Shown here one piece after another: positions 8,496-19,308 of a stretch of DNA of 64,000 bases. The stretch's first letter is position 1. Each line of letters opens with the position of its first letter. The notes beneath the pieces were generated by a model, which was not told the origin of the DNA, searched no databases, and was given only the letters and a program-made list of their open reading frames with translations. Position numbers and translations under genes: made by a program. Source of the stretch: an uncultured Alphaproteobacteria bacterium (GTDB lineage: Bacteria > Pseudomonadota > Alphaproteobacteria > Acetobacterales > Acetobacteraceae); assembly GCA_963799415.1 (NCBI GenBank), contig CAWCXI010000027.1:2888-66887 (forward strand). Reading direction: 5' to 3'.

Positions 8496-10393
8496 TTGTT
8501 GTCCCAGATGTTGTCCAGGGCCGCATTTGCCGAGGGATATCATAGGTTATGTCATTGGTATCATTGGCATATCGGGCTACCCCCTGAACGGGAGCACACC
8601 GGGCGCCCAGTGGAGCCAAGGCGGCCGTTCACGGAAGCCGCGCTCATCGTGGGCCGTCGCGGTGGCAAGAGCCGTGTCCTTGCACTGGTCGCGGTGTTCC
8701 TGGCCTGCTTTCGTGACTACGGGCCGTTCCTCGCACCGGGCGAGGTGGCGACCGTCGCGATCCTCGCTGCGAACCGCCGGCAAGCCCGTAGCATCTTCCG
8801 GTTTGTGTCGGGGCTACTCAAGGCAGTGCCGCTGCTGGCGCAGATGGTCGCCCATGAAACCGACGAGGCGATCGGACTCGGTAATCGGGTCGTGATTGAG
8901 ATATCGACGGCATCCTTCCGCACTGCGCGCGGCTACAGCTTCGCAGCAGTGCTGTGCGACGAGGTGGCATTTTGGCAGCTCGAAGAGGCGTCCGCGAACC
9001 CCGATACCGAAATCCTTCGCGCCCTGGGGCCCGGGATGGCGTCTATCCCGGGAAGTATCCTGCTTCTCGCCTCGTCACCCTATGCCAAGAGGGGCGAGCT
9101 GTACAACGCCTACAGCCGACACTACGGCAAGGACGATGCGCGAGTGCTAGTCTGGAAGGCCGACACCGGATCGATGAATCCGCGCATCGACCCGGCGATC
9201 ATCGAGGAAGCTTATCTCGCCGATGAGGTTGCGGCGCGTTCGGAGTATGGCGCCGAGTTCCGCGACGACTTGGCCGACTACATTTCTCGTGAAGCCGTCA
9301 ACTCGGTCACGATGTGGGGGCGCCGCGAGCTGCCGCCACAGTCTGGCGTGCAATATGCAGCCTTCGTCGATCCATCCGGCGGCGTGAGCGACGCTATGAC
9401 CCTCGCCGTTGCGCACCTCGGCGATGGTGCGGTGTGTGTGCTCGACGCGGTGCTTGAGATCCGCCGCCGTTCGATCCCGAGACTGCGGTCACCGAGTGCG
9501 CCGCCTTGCTGCGCCGGTTTGGGGTGCCGAAGGTGACAGGAGACCGTTATGCCGGCGAATGGCCGCGAGCTCGGTTCCGCGAGCACGGTATCGAATTTGA
9601 ACAGAGCGCACGTCCCAAGAGTGATCTGTATCACGATCTGCTACCGCTGCTGAACGCTCGGCGTGTTGAGCTGCTCGAACAGCCACGGCTCGCTGCGCAG
9701 CTTGTAGGGCTCGAGCGGCGCACCGCGCGATCCGGCAGGGACTCGATTGACCATGCACCGGGTGGGCACGACGACGTCGCGAATGCGGTGGCGGGTGTGT
9801 TGGTTGGGCTGGATCTCGACCGTCGGCCTGCTCTGTTGCGGCGCAAGGACATGCTGTCGGGCGATCAGCCGGTGCCTGTGCCGTCGATTTGCAATGCAAT
9901 CGTGGCAGTGCTGGCAGCCGACCAAGACGGAGGCTGCGCGGTGACGTATTGGGCCTACAGTCCATATGTCGGGCATCGCCTCACACTGCTGGACTTCGAT
10001 GTTGAACCTCTGTCGGGCGAGTTGTTCAACACTATTATGGCAGCCATGAAGGGGCTGAGACAAATCTGCCGCCCACGCTGTGGTGCAATCCTTTTCACCA
10101 TGTCCGAGCCGCTAACCCGCCAAGCTGTGGCTTTTGGCTTCCAGGCCGCGACCGTCCCCACGCCGCTCGTCAACGATTCCCTGAGGCTCGGCCTAGCTGC
10201 AGCCATTCACGTCGCACGTGGTTCGGTGAAGATCGCGGTGCAGGCATTTGATCGCGCGCGAAATTCCCCCCTCGGCGGTGCACTTGACATCCGCGGCGGT
10301 GAGAACGCCGACGATCCGTTGCGTGCTGCGCTGTTGGCTGGGATCGCACTGTCACTAGACGACGCATCACAGGCGTCAGCTTGCTCGCGCTAG
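8496..10393 (+). pseudogene. phage terminase large subunit, frame-disrupted, with odd N-terminus and C-terminal extension
   Basis: Frame 1 (8496..9536) has LIVGRRGGKSR (Walker A-like), VLCDEVAFW (Walker B-like) and AFVDPSGG. It continues in another frame (9506..10393) with KVTGDRYAGEWP and HDDVANA. The switch is at about 9461-9467, inside LEIR/PPFDPE. An AT-rich 9-bp tandem TCATTGGTA/TCATTGGCA lies at 8552-8569. About 190 aa extend beyond the point where copy 1 ends. Confidence 0.7.
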
Positions 10394-10874
10394 CTGTGGC
10401 GCGGGTCGACCGACCGCTCACGTGACGGGCCAATCCTTGCTGAGTTGATGAATTCCCAACTGCGCCGCAGGTTCAAATGCTGGGCAGGTAACCGCCTTAA
10501 TATTTTGCTTGCCGACTGAGGTGTCACATCGATGCACACATCGCCATTGTCTGGGGCTGCACGGCCGCGACGATGCGTTCTACAAGGCGCGGTTTGGAGC
10601 GACGTTCTGGGCTGCGCCCGGCGTGGTGCACGAGCATGGCCTCATAGCCCGATCGCGAGCTCAGGCGGGGCGCCCCAAAGCGTTCTGCCGGCTGCAGCGT
10701 GTTCGACTTTCGCAAGGTCAAGACGCGTTAGCGTCCGCAGAAGTGGTGGAGATTCGGAGCAACGCCCGGTGTGGCGTTGCGGTGTAGGCGGATGATCATC
10801 GGATCGATCGGCTAGGTTGGAGCGGTGACTCGCAAGACACCACGCACAAAGTCAGCCAGATTAGCAGCGCGACA

Positions 10875-13160
10875 TCAGGCGTGCCCGTTGAGTGCCTGTC
10901 GCACGGCGTCCGGCCGGATCGGCAAATGACGCAGGCGCGCACCACAGGCGGTGAAGATCGCGTTGCCGATCGCGGGGCCGACCACGGTCGTTGCCGGTTC
11001 TCCTAGGCCAACCGGCGCCTCTGTGCTAGGTATAAACTCGACCTCGACCTCCGGCACATCGCCCATGCGCAATGGGGTGTAGGTGTCGAGGTTGGTGTCC
11101 TTCGGCTGGCCTCCCACAAACTCTGATCCCTCATGCAGGGCCATGCTCAATCCCCACAGCGCCGCGCCTTCGACCTGGGCGAGGGCACTGTTCGGATGGA
11201 CGATGGTGCCGGCATCGACGACCACGGTCAGCTTCTCGACCATGACGCCACCGTTCGCGCGATCGACCCGCAACCGCGCGACGCAGGCGACCCAGGTCGG
11301 CATGTCGCGCTCCTGACCGAAGCTGGTGGCGACGCCAAGCCCGACATTTTTCGGCAATGCGCTGCCCCAGCCGGCTTTCTGCGCGGCGCGGGTAAGCACC
11401 GCAGCTTGTCGCCGCGCTCCACCGACAGCGCTTGGCGCTGATCCGGCGTTTCGCCCTACGCCGTCCAGCAGGTTCATTCGGAATGCCACGGGATCGACTT
11501 CCGCGGTGTGCGCGGCCTCGTCCATGAAGCTTTCCACCGCCCAATTCGTCCAGCCCGGCCCCACCGAGCGTAACCAGCCTGGCCGAAATGTTCGGTTGGC
11601 AAGATCGTTGGAAATCGCGCGCACCCGCTGCGTTCCAACCGTGTACCAATGATCTGCACCGTTGATCGAGAATTCGTCGTATGGAACGCCGTCGGCATTC
11701 TTCAACATGAACGACGGAGCAATCACCTGAGTCGGCCAGCCGGCCGCGGCGTGGTGCTCCATTGCCGTCACCTTGCCGCCGTCGCCGAACGCCATGCGTA
11801 GAACCTGGACCGAGGGCGATCGTGGCGAATCGAACCGCATATCGTCGGGTCGCATGCAGACCATCTTGACCGGCTTCCCAACCGCCTTGGCGGCGAGGGC
11901 GATGGGGACAGCGTAATCGCCGTTCAGGCGACGGCCGAAGCCCCCGCCGAGGAGGTAGGTGCGCAGGACGATCGTCTTCTCGTCGCGGTCGAGTGCCTTG
12001 GCCAGCACCGGCAGGATCAGGGTTTGCCACTGATTGCCCGTGTGGATTTCGAAGATGCCGTCCTTCTCGAACGCCAGGCCATTGATCGGCTCTAGGGCAA
12101 AATGCATGACTGTGCTGGTCGTGTAGGTGCGCTCCAGCTTCGATTTCGCTGACGCGAAAGCGGCGTCGGCATTCGGGTCGTTGACGACCAGGACGCCGGC
12201 CTTCGGATCTGCGATCAGCTCGGTTGCGTGCCGCTGCAGGTCCGCTTCGGACACATTGGCCGCTTCCCCCGAACTCCAGGTGACCTTCACGAGATCGGCT
12301 GCACGGCTGGCGGCGACACCACTGTCCGCATAGACCATGACCCAGCCCGGTGCGGTGCCCGACGGATCATCCAGGGCCAGGCTCTGCATGTAGCCGGGAA
12401 CCTGCGTCGCCCCGGAGTCGTCGATGGCGACGACTTTTAAGTCGTTGCGGGTGGGTGGAACTTTGGGACTGGCGTAGATCATGCCGTCGACCACGGCATC
12501 GAGCCCATAGCGAGCCGCACCGTTGGTCTTCGGAGGAAGGTCGATCGCGATGGTGTCGCGCCCGATCAGGCGACGATCAGCCGCTTGCTTGTTCGGCATC
12601 TGCTGCAATTGCTCGGGCGTGTAGCTCCGCCGGAGATCACCGCGCGCTACGATATCGCCGTACGTCATCGAATTCTGCGCAGCGACAATAGTGCCGTTGC
12701 GTGCGGTGCAGGCGCCTGGGTCCACGCTGAGAAGCCTGGCGGCCTCTTCGATCAGGGCGATGCGGCCAGCCGCGCCGGCCCGGCTGAGAACGGGAAAGCT
12801 CTGCCAGACCGACCAACTGCCACCGGTGACCATCAGTCCCCATTTTGGATCAAAGTCGACGTGGACGATGCGCACCTTATTCCAATCCGCCTCCAGTTCG
12901 TCGGCCACGATGCGAGCGAGCGCAGTGCCGACATGCTGGCCCATTTCCGCTCGGATGATGTTGACGGTCACCAGGCCTGTGCGATCGATGCTGTACCAGA
13001 TGGTCGGTTCGAACAGGTCGGTGGGTATTGTTTCGCCCTGGCGAGCTGCGGACATGGGCAATTCGACTTCCGCCAGGCTGTGTCGTGCAAAGCCGAGGAC
13101 AACGCCGGTTCCCATTGCCGCAATCAGAAAGCGACGGCGCGGGTGCATGGTCCGGTTCAT
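10875..13160 (-). CDS. molybdopterin-binding large subunit of an IorB-type (xanthine dehydrogenase family) oxidoreductase
   Basis: 761 aa from the ATG at 13160, which overlaps the upstream stop (ATGA). Twin-arginine signal [12 protein letters not shown]. Size and sequence are typical of isoquinoline 1-oxidoreductase/aldehyde dehydrogenase beta subunits. The longer 880-aa ORF start is a GC-rich artefact. Confidence 0.8.
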   Translation of the reverse strand: MNRTMHPRRRFLIAAMGTGVVLGFARHSLAEVELPMSAARQGETIPTDLFEPTIWYSIDRTGLVTVNIIRAEMGQHVGTALARIVADELEADWNKVRIVHVDFDPKWGLMVTGGSWSVWQSFPVLSRAGAAGRIALIEEAARLLSVDPGACTARNGTIVAAQNSMTYGDIVARGDLRRSYTPEQLQQMPNKQAADRRLIGRDTIAIDLPPKTNGAARYGLDAVVDGMIYASPKVPPTRNDLKVVAIDDSGATQVPGYMQSLALDDPSGTAPGWVMVYADSGVAASRAADLVKVTWSSGEAANVSEADLQRHATELIADPKAGVLVVNDPNADAAFASAKSKLERTYTTSTVMHFALEPINGLAFEKDGIFEIHTGNQWQTLILPVLAKALDRDEKTIVLRTYLLGGGFGRRLNGDYAVPIALAAKAVGKPVKMVCMRPDDMRFDSPRSPSVQVLRMAFGDGGKVTAMEHHAAAGWPTQVIAPSFMLKNADGVPYDEFSINGADHWYTVGTQRVRAISNDLANRTFRPGWLRSVGPGWTNWAVESFMDEAAHTAEVDPVAFRMNLLDGVGRNAGSAPSAVGGARRQAAVLTRAAQKAGWGSALPKNVGLGVATSFGQERDMPTWVACVARLRVDRANGGVMVEKLTVVVDAGTIVHPNSALAQVEGAALWGLSMALHEGSEFVGGQPKDTNLDTYTPLRMGDVPEVEVEFIPSTEAPVGLGEPATTVVGPAIGNAIFTACGARLRHLPIRPDAVRQALNGHA

Positions 13161-13566
13161 TGCGAGGCCGCGAGTCGCAGTCGCGACGCTGCCAGTTTGA
13201 TGGCCCTCCGGATCCGCAAATAGGTCATGCAGCGACAGAGATTGCCTGCCATCACCGCGTTGATGTCCTGATCGGTCGGATCGGAATAATCCTTCAGCAG
13301 AGTGGCGGCTTGCATGATCTGCCCCGACTGGCAGTAGCCGCATTGTGGAACCTGTAGTTCTATCCAGGCGGTTTGCAGTGGATGCTGGCCTGCTGGATGC
13401 AGCCCTTCGATGGTGGTGATGCTGGCGCCGGCCACCGCACTGATTGCGGTGATGCAGGACCGCGTTGCTCGGCCTTCCACATGTACAGTGCACGCGCCGC
13501 ACATGCCGATGCCACAACCGAACTTGGTTCCTTTCAGCCCAAGCTCATCGCGAATTGCCCAAAGGA
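13157..13566 (-). pseudogene. [2Fe-2S] small subunit (IorA-type), 5'-truncated by IS21
   Basis: Cys motifs [17 protein letters not shown] and [19 protein letters not shown] are present. The expected first ~25 residues before LWAIRDELG are missing. The reading frame runs straight into the IS21 terminal repeat at 13567. Confidence 0.75.
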
Positions 13567-13761
13567 TGTCAAATCGCTCGCAACTGCGCCCCCCATTTCG
13601 CGCGCAATCGCGACCCCTCTTGGGCTTGATAGAGCTCCGCGGGATGGCGTTTGCGGGTGTTGGGAGGCTATGGATAAGTGGCCTGCCGGAGCGACCGTCG
13701 AGAGTTTGGCGTAGGCAGGCCACTTAGCCATAGCGGACAGCGAGGGCGTGGGGTGGCGAGG

Positions 13762-14490
13762 TCAGTTTCGGTTCTTGAAGCGCCAGCTGGTGTTGCCGGT
13801 TTCGACGATGTCGCAGTGGTGCGTCAGGCGGTCGAGCATGGCAGTCGTCATCTTGGCGTCGCCAAAAACCTGCGGCCAATCTGCAAACGCCAGATTGGTG
13901 GTGATGAGCAGCGACGTGTTCTCGTAAAGCTTGCTGATCAGATGGAACAGCAGTTGGCCGCCGGACTGGCTGAACGGCAAATAGCCAAGTTCGTCGATGA
14001 CAATGACATCATAGCGCAGCAGCGTCTCGGCGAGCCGACCGCTGCGACCAGCCGCCTTCTCCTGCTCGAGCTGGTTGACCAGATCGACCAGGTTGAAGAA
14101 CCTGCCGCGCGCACGGCTGCGAATGATCGCGGATGCCACGCCAATGCAGAGATGCGTTTTGCCGGTGCCCGTGCCGCCGATAAAAATTGCGTTGCGTTTG
14201 GCATCGAGGAACGCGCCGGTTGCGAGTTCGCGCACCTGGCCCTCGTCAATCATCGTGTCGCCAAAGACGAACTTGTCCAGGTCCTTCAGCACCGGGAACT
14301 TGGCGCCACTGATGCGATAGCTGATCGAGCGAGCCTGCCGATGCGTGCGTTCGGCCCTGATCAGGCTGGCGATGAGCGGATAGATCTCGTCACGCCGCGC
14401 CAGGCCCTTGCCGGCGATCTCGTCGAAACTCGCGCGCATGCCGTAGAGCTTCAATTCGGTCATGGCGTCCAGGATCTCGTGGCGTTCCAT
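13762..14490 (-). CDS. istB: IS21 helper ATPase IstB
   Basis: 242 aa with Walker [10 protein letters not shown] and VIVIDELGY. Its start overlaps the istA stop. Confidence 0.9.
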   Translation of the reverse strand: MERHEILDAMTELKLYGMRASFDEIAGKGLARRDEIYPLIASLIRAERTHRQARSISYRISGAKFPVLKDLDKFVFGDTMIDEGQVRELATGAFLDAKRNAIFIGGTGTGKTHLCIGVASAIIRSRARGRFFNLVDLVNQLEQEKAAGRSGRLAETLLRYDVIVIDELGYLPFSQSGGQLLFHLISKLYENTSLLITTNLAFADWPQVFGDAKMTTAMLDRLTHHCDIVETGNTSWRFKNRN

Positions 14491-15989
14491 CAGGCGACCT
14501 TTCGTATGCTGTCATAGCGGCCGCAATCGGCCACGGGCTCGACCTTCAGGCGCAGGCCATCCGGCGTGGTGATCGAAGCCGGCGTCGGGGGTTGGTGCCG
14601 GCGCGCCAGCACGGTCAGGATCACGTCGCCGCTGGCGATCCCCGCCGCGAGCGCCTCGGCGCAGGCAGCCTCCACGGCCGACAAGCCATGAGCCAATACT
14701 GCACCGAGGACTTTGACGAATTGCTGATCGCCGTCGGCATGCTGCTTCAGCTTCGCGCGAACCTGGGCCAGCGCCGGCGGCAATGCCCAATCCTTGAACG
14801 GCGCGCCGTTGCGCAATGCACCCGGCTTGCGCACCAGCACAGGCAGATAGTGCCAAGGATCGTAGATGATCTGATAGCGCCGGAAGTCGCGCGGATGGTC
14901 GGCCACCCCCTCGTCGCCGAGAAGAACCACGATGCGCTCAGCATGAGATCGAACCAGCACCATCCGGCCGGCGGCTCGTGCATCAACGCTGTAGCGATTA
15001 TGGTCGGCCATGATCAGGCACGTGGTGGTAGCCCTGACGGCCTTTTCGACAAAACCATCGAATGGTCCGCGTAATTCCATTAGGCTCGCTTGCTCTTCCT
15101 GGAAAACCTCCCAGATCGTCCGGTCCTTGAACTCCGGATGCTTGTGGCGCTTCGCATAAGCGATGCACTGATCTGCCAACCAGCCATTCAGCTCGGCCAG
15201 GCTCGATACCCGCGGCTTGGGCCGGAACAGCTGATCGCGCAGATTGCCGACCTGGTTTTCGACCTGTCCCTTCTCCCAACCCGATGCGGGCGTGCAGGCA
15301 ACTGGCTCAACCAGATGATGTGAACACATCTGGAGAAAACGGCGATTATATTGGCGCGCCTTGCCCACGAAGATCGCTTCCACCGCAGTCTTCATGTTGT
15401 CGTAGATGCCGCGCCGACAGATGCCGCCGTAAAACTCAAAAGCCTTGTCGTGCGCATCGAACACCAGTTCTTGTGTCTCGCGGAAGTAGGCGCGCACGAA
15501 TGGCATGCGGCTATGCGACAGCTTCATGTGCGCCGCCTTGATGACCAGCGGCAAACCCTGCAGCGTGATGGTCTCGTGGCTCCAGTCGAACTGGTAGGCT
15601 TCGCCGGGCGCAAAGCTCAGCGGCACAAAGGCGTGCGCCGGCGTCCGAGCCGGCTCGTCGCGCCACGATTTGGTGAAACGATGCACGCTGTCATGCGCGC
15701 CATCGTAATCGCGGCCTCGCAGCTCTTCGAACAGGCGCTGCGTCGACCGGCGTTCTCGCCGCGGAAGCTTGGCCTCCTTCTCAAGGATCTGGGCCAGAAC
15801 TTCCACCCACGCACCGAGCTTCGGCGCCGGCTGCACGCCGCGCTCATACTTCGAACGCGGTCTTGTGGCTCCGAACGACCTTGCGCACCGTGGCCCGTGA
15901 GACGCGGAGCGTCCGCACGATCTCCTTAATCGGCAGGCGCTGCTCGAATGAGCGCGCCGGATATCGCCGATCACGTCCACGGACATCAT
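14490..15989 (-). CDS. istA: IS21 transposase IstA (HTH region scrambled by two compensating indels)
   Basis: 500 aa from [14 protein letters not shown] at 15989, with a DDE-type core. Residues about 15-47 read correctly only in a +1 frame ([32 protein letters not shown]). Confidence 0.8.
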   Translation of the reverse strand: MMSVDVIGDIRRAHSSSACRLRRSCGRSASHGPRCARSFGATRPRSKYERGVQPAPKLGAWVEVLAQILEKEAKLPRRERRSTQRLFEELRGRDYDGAHDSVHRFTKSWRDEPARTPAHAFVPLSFAPGEAYQFDWSHETITLQGLPLVIKAAHMKLSHSRMPFVRAYFRETQELVFDAHDKAFEFYGGICRRGIYDNMKTAVEAIFVGKARQYNRRFLQMCSHHLVEPVACTPASGWEKGQVENQVGNLRDQLFRPKPRVSSLAELNGWLADQCIAYAKRHKHPEFKDRTIWEVFQEEQASLMELRGPFDGFVEKAVRATTTCLIMADHNRYSVDARAAGRMVLVRSHAERIVVLLGDEGVADHPRDFRRYQIIYDPWHYLPVLVRKPGALRNGAPFKDWALPPALAQVRAKLKQHADGDQQFVKVLGAVLAHGLSAVEAACAEALAAGIASGDVILTVLARRHQPPTPASITTPDGLRLKVEPVADCGRYDSIRKVA

Positions 15990-16109
15990 CCCCCAAACCC
16001 CTCCCAGGCCGACCTGGGCCATAGGGAGAGACGCTGACACACAGAGCCGAGGGGTCGCGATTGGAAGCGAAAACCGCCCTCGGGGGTCACTATTGCGAGC
16101 GATTTCACA

Positions 16110-16613
16110 GCCTGCAGCGGCTCTCTTCATCGACACCGGCGGTGGACGACATTACCTTGTCGATCAATACCATCGTGCAGGGCGCTGGCATCGGCTTCAC
16201 ATTCGTGCCGCTCAACGTCGTCGCCTTCGCGACGCTGCCGGTGCGACTGCGCTACGAGGGAACCGCGCTGATCAGCCTGCTGCGCAATATCGGCAGCGCC
16301 GTCGGCATCTCCATCTTCGAAGCGCTGCAGGTCAACGGCACGACGGTCGAGCATTCGGTGCTCGCACCGTTCGCGTCGCCGTTGAACCGGGTGCTGGAAT
16401 CCGCGCCGCAAATCGCCCAGCAACTTTCGCCAACCACTGCGCATGGCGTGGCGCTGCTCGAGAAGATGGTCACCTACCAGGCTCGAGGTGATCGCCTACA
16501 ACAACGACTTCTGGCTGATGGGAATGCTGGCACTGCCCATCCTGCTGCTGCTGCCGCTCATGCGCCAACCGCGGCAGGCGGCCGGCGGAGGTGGCCACGC
16601 GGTGATGGACTGA
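16110..16613 (+). pseudogene. 3' fragment of a DHA2/EmrB-type MFS efflux pump gene
   Basis: VQGAGIGFTFVPLNVVAFATLP and LISLLRNIGSAVGISI. A frame switch near 16485 leads to VIAYNNDFWLMGMLALPILLLLPLMRQ and a stop at 16611-16613. The fragment begins abruptly at the IS21 end. Confidence 0.7.
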
Positions 16614-16640
16614 TTGTCGTTGCGTTCCTCGCAATGGCAG

Positions 16641-17067
16641 TCAGGCGCGCGGGTTGAGCGCCTGCAGCGCCGCTTCCGGGCGGATCGGCAGGTGGCGCAG
16701 GCGCGCGCCACGGGCCACGAAGATCGCGTTGGCGACCGACCGACCACCGTGGTGGCCGGCTCGCCGAGGCCGACGGGCATCTCCGTGCTGGGGAGGAATT
16801 CGACCTCGACGTCCGGTACATCGCCCATGCGCAGCGGCGTATAGGTATCGAGGTTGGTGTCCTTCGGCTGCCCGTCCACCAATGCCGATCCTTCGTGCAG
16901 GACCCATGCTGAGGCCCCACAGCGACGCGCCTTCGACCTGCGCCTGGGCGCTGTCAAGATCGAGCGCTCGGTACCCGCGTCAACCACCAGCGTGAGTTTC
17001 TCGACTGCAACAGCGCCGCTGGCGCGATCGACGGGCACGCGCGCGACGCAGGCGACCCAGGTTGGCA
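16641..17067 (-). pseudogene. degenerate second copy of the iorB 3' end
   Basis: [41 protein letters not shown] and [15 protein letters not shown] parallel the last ~140 aa of 10875..13160. They are spread over at least two frames. Confidence 0.75.
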
Positions 17068-17071
17068 AATG

Positions 17072-17218
17072 AAGTTCCGGCTGCAGTTGCTGGATCGTGC
17101 CGGGCGCAATGCCGGATCGGCACCATATGCTGTCGGTGGAGCGTGGCGACAGGCTGCCGTGCTTGCGCGTGCCGCGCAGAAAGCCGCCTGGGGCGCGGCG
17201 TTGCCGAACGATACCGGG
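17072..17218 (+). pseudogene. inverted ~150-bp piece of the same iorB copy
   Basis: The plus-strand reading [48 protein letters not shown] matches [48 protein letters not shown] of intact iorB. That segment should lie just upstream on the minus strand. Confidence 0.75.
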
Positions 17219-17789
17219 ACACTCCGACGTCTGGTCGCGCAACGCTCGCAGGTGATCCAGCAGATGACGCGGGCGAAGAACCGGATCCACTTCGTCGGAG
17301 AAGCTGGTCAGCTACCTGGGGCTGAACCCGTCGGTGCGCCAATCAGGTGATGGGCCAGCCCATCACGGACATATCAGCAAGCATGGCCGTGCACACGCAC
17401 GCGCCATGCTGGTGGAGGCGGCCTGGGCGGCGGCGCGTGCTCCGGGACCACTGCGGGCGTTCTTCATTCGCATCCAGAGCCGACGTGGCAAGCAGGTTGC
17501 GGCTGTCGCCACGGCTCGCAAGATCGCTGTCCTCGCGTGGCATCTGCTCACCAAGGACGAGAACTATGCTTGGGCACGGCCGGCACTGCTGGCGAACAAG
17601 ATTCGAAAGGTGGAGTTGCTCGCCGGTCAACCGGCCACCAAGGGCCGCCGCCCAGGTCGCGCACATGCCTATAACGATCGCGCAATCCGCCAACGGGAGC
17701 GAGCTTGGCTTGAACAAGCCGAGAGAGCCTACACGCGCTTCGTCGCAAACTGGCAGACCAAACCCGATGGGCGCACGGGCGCCGCGTGA
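17219..17789 (+). pseudogene. C-terminal fragment of an IS110-family transposase
   Basis: ORF 17334..17789 has GHISKHGRAHARAMLVEAAWAAAR, a transposase_20-type C-terminus. 17219-17333 reads on in another frame. The DEDD catalytic half is absent. Confidence 0.7.
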
Positions 17790-17923
17790 CGCACGATTGA
17801 TTCGAGGAGCAGGCAACGGACGAATGATTGATTCCTGACACCACTGATTCCGAATTCTTTTCGTTCGTCAGCCTCGGAATCGGCGGAGTTTTTCAGCAGA
17901 CTGCTAGTACCTTGTCACAATGA

Positions 17924-18951
17924 TTATGACTCTTTGGCGGTGTCGGGATAAGCACGTGCCAGCTTGTGTCGCGCTTTCTGAGTGGTGAACTTCCATTTGA
18001 TGCGCGCACCGGAAGCGTTTCGTTGTCGCTGCCAGGCTTCGATTTCGCCGATGAGGGTCTCCCGTTCGCCGATGCGGCGATCCAGACATTGGCCACGCAG
18101 CAGGCCGATTTCGATTTCCACCATATTGAGCCAGCTCGCGTGTTTCGGTGTGTAATGAAACTCCAGACGTGGCAGGATGCCGTGTGCCTCAGGCGCAAGG
18201 AAGGTCTCGTATAGCGCTCCTGGATTCTGCGAAGAGAGGTTGTCCATCACCACGCGGATCAGGTCAGCGTTCGGATAGTGGATATCGGCCAGGTCGCGCA
18301 TGCAGAGGCGAAGTCGCGCGCCGCGCGATGTTCGGTGACTTTCACATGGCGCCAGGGCCGGTGCGCATCGGGAAACACGAACAAATCGGCCGTGCCATTG
18401 CGCCGATACTCGTAATCGTACCGCTCAGGCTGGCCTAGCGCTGCTGGGATCGGCTCACGTACCTCACCAATCAACTGAGTTGGGCTTTCGTGGAAGCAAA
18501 TCTCCGGATGCGATGGATCGGGGTCTTCAGCATAGAGGTCGAGAACAGCCTCCGTTCGAGCGACATAGCTGCCGTCGACTTGTGGTATGCACCACATATC
18601 CCGCCGCCATGGCTTCAGATCGTCCTCAGCCAAATGCCGGCGCACCGTCTCGCGCGACAGTCCTTCATGCGCCGTGAGCCTGACCATCGCGTCGGCCAGA
18701 AGATCGAGGGTCCAGCGCTTGCGCTCCGGCGGACTGGAACAGGCGGTCGCCACCAGTAACGCCGTTTCCTTACCGGACAGCTTGCGTGGTGCCCCCGGGC
18801 GCGTCTCCTCACTGAGTGCCAGCTCCAGATTGCCTTCCACGAAGCGTCGTTTGGTCCGGTACAACGTCGATCCACCGACCGAAACGCTGCGCGCGATCAC
18901 TTCGTCGCTGACCGTCGGCAGCCAGCCGGTCCCCTGCTTTCGAGGCCAGTC
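17924..18951 (-). pseudogene. IS630-family (Tc1/mariner-like) transposase, frame-disrupted and 5'-truncated
   Basis: ORFs 18259..19140 (RPGAPRKL, WTLDLLA, YEYRRNGT) and 17924..18301 (VMDNLSSQN, HYTPKHASWLNMVEIE) together make one DDE transposase. The frame switch is near 18300. Similarity stops near 18951, so about 35 N-terminal codons are missing. Confidence 0.75.
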
Positions 18952-19308
18952 ATGAATCGTGCAACGGATTCTCACCCGGACTTCACGCCCAGGCAGGGAC
19001 AGTATCTCGCGTTCATCCACGCATACACGCTGGTGAACGGGCGGCCGCCGGCGCAGGCCGATATCCAACAATTCTTTCGGCTGACCCCACCATCGGTTCA
19101 TCAAATGCTGCTGACGCTCGAACGGGCCAGGTGATCTCACGCCGGACCGCCAAGAAGCATCGCCGTTCTGGTCGATCGCTCCGTCTTACCCCCGCTGGAT
19201 CCCGGTCGTGTTCAACCGGCCAAAATCACTGGGCCGGGGGACCTAGATCAATGTCCCGCGCACCTGGCGAAGCTCCTCCGCTCGGCGTCGGCTCGCCCGC
19301 TTATCTGA
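18952..19308 (+). pseudogene. small LexA-N-terminal-like winged-helix protein with in-frame TGA
   Basis: TPRQGQYLAFIHAYTLVNGRPPAQADIQQFFRLTPPSVHQMLLTLERAR, then TGA (19132-19134), then the same frame continues as SHAGPPRSIAVLVDRSVLPPL. It abuts the truncated IS630. Confidence 0.5.

Larger units (their letters stand above)
13567..16109 (-). mobile_element. IS21-family insertion sequence (2543 bp)
   Basis: Terminal inverted repeats: TGTCAAATCGCTCGCAA from 13567, and TGTGAAATCGCTCGCAA as the reverse complement ending at 16109. The subterminal repeat CAATCGCGACCCCTC occurs near both ends. Carries istA plus istB. Flanks AAAGGA / GCCTGC show no target-site duplication. Confidence 0.85.

Noticed and set aside
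10470-10478. GGTTCAAAT resembling a tRNA T-loop near the end of the terminase region (possible att/tRNA)
   Set aside because: No acceptor stem, anticodon arm or D-arm can be drawn around it.
10524-10721. 65-aa minus-strand ORF (..GYEAMLVHHAGRSPERRSKPRLVERIV..) between terminase copy 2 and iorB, considered as a gene fragment
   Set aside because: No family recognised, no start context, and competing ORFs in other frames. Left unassigned.
13157-13175. CATTGCGAGG at the iorA/iorB junction resembling the REP arm at 40276
   Set aside because: It lies inside coding sequence (..AASQ stop / ATG) and has no partner arm. Coincidental.
19132-19134. In-frame TGA in the wHTH gene considered as selenocysteine or programmed read-through
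   Set aside because: No SECIS-like hairpin is evident immediately downstream and the protein family is not a selenoprotein. A nonsense mutation is simpler.
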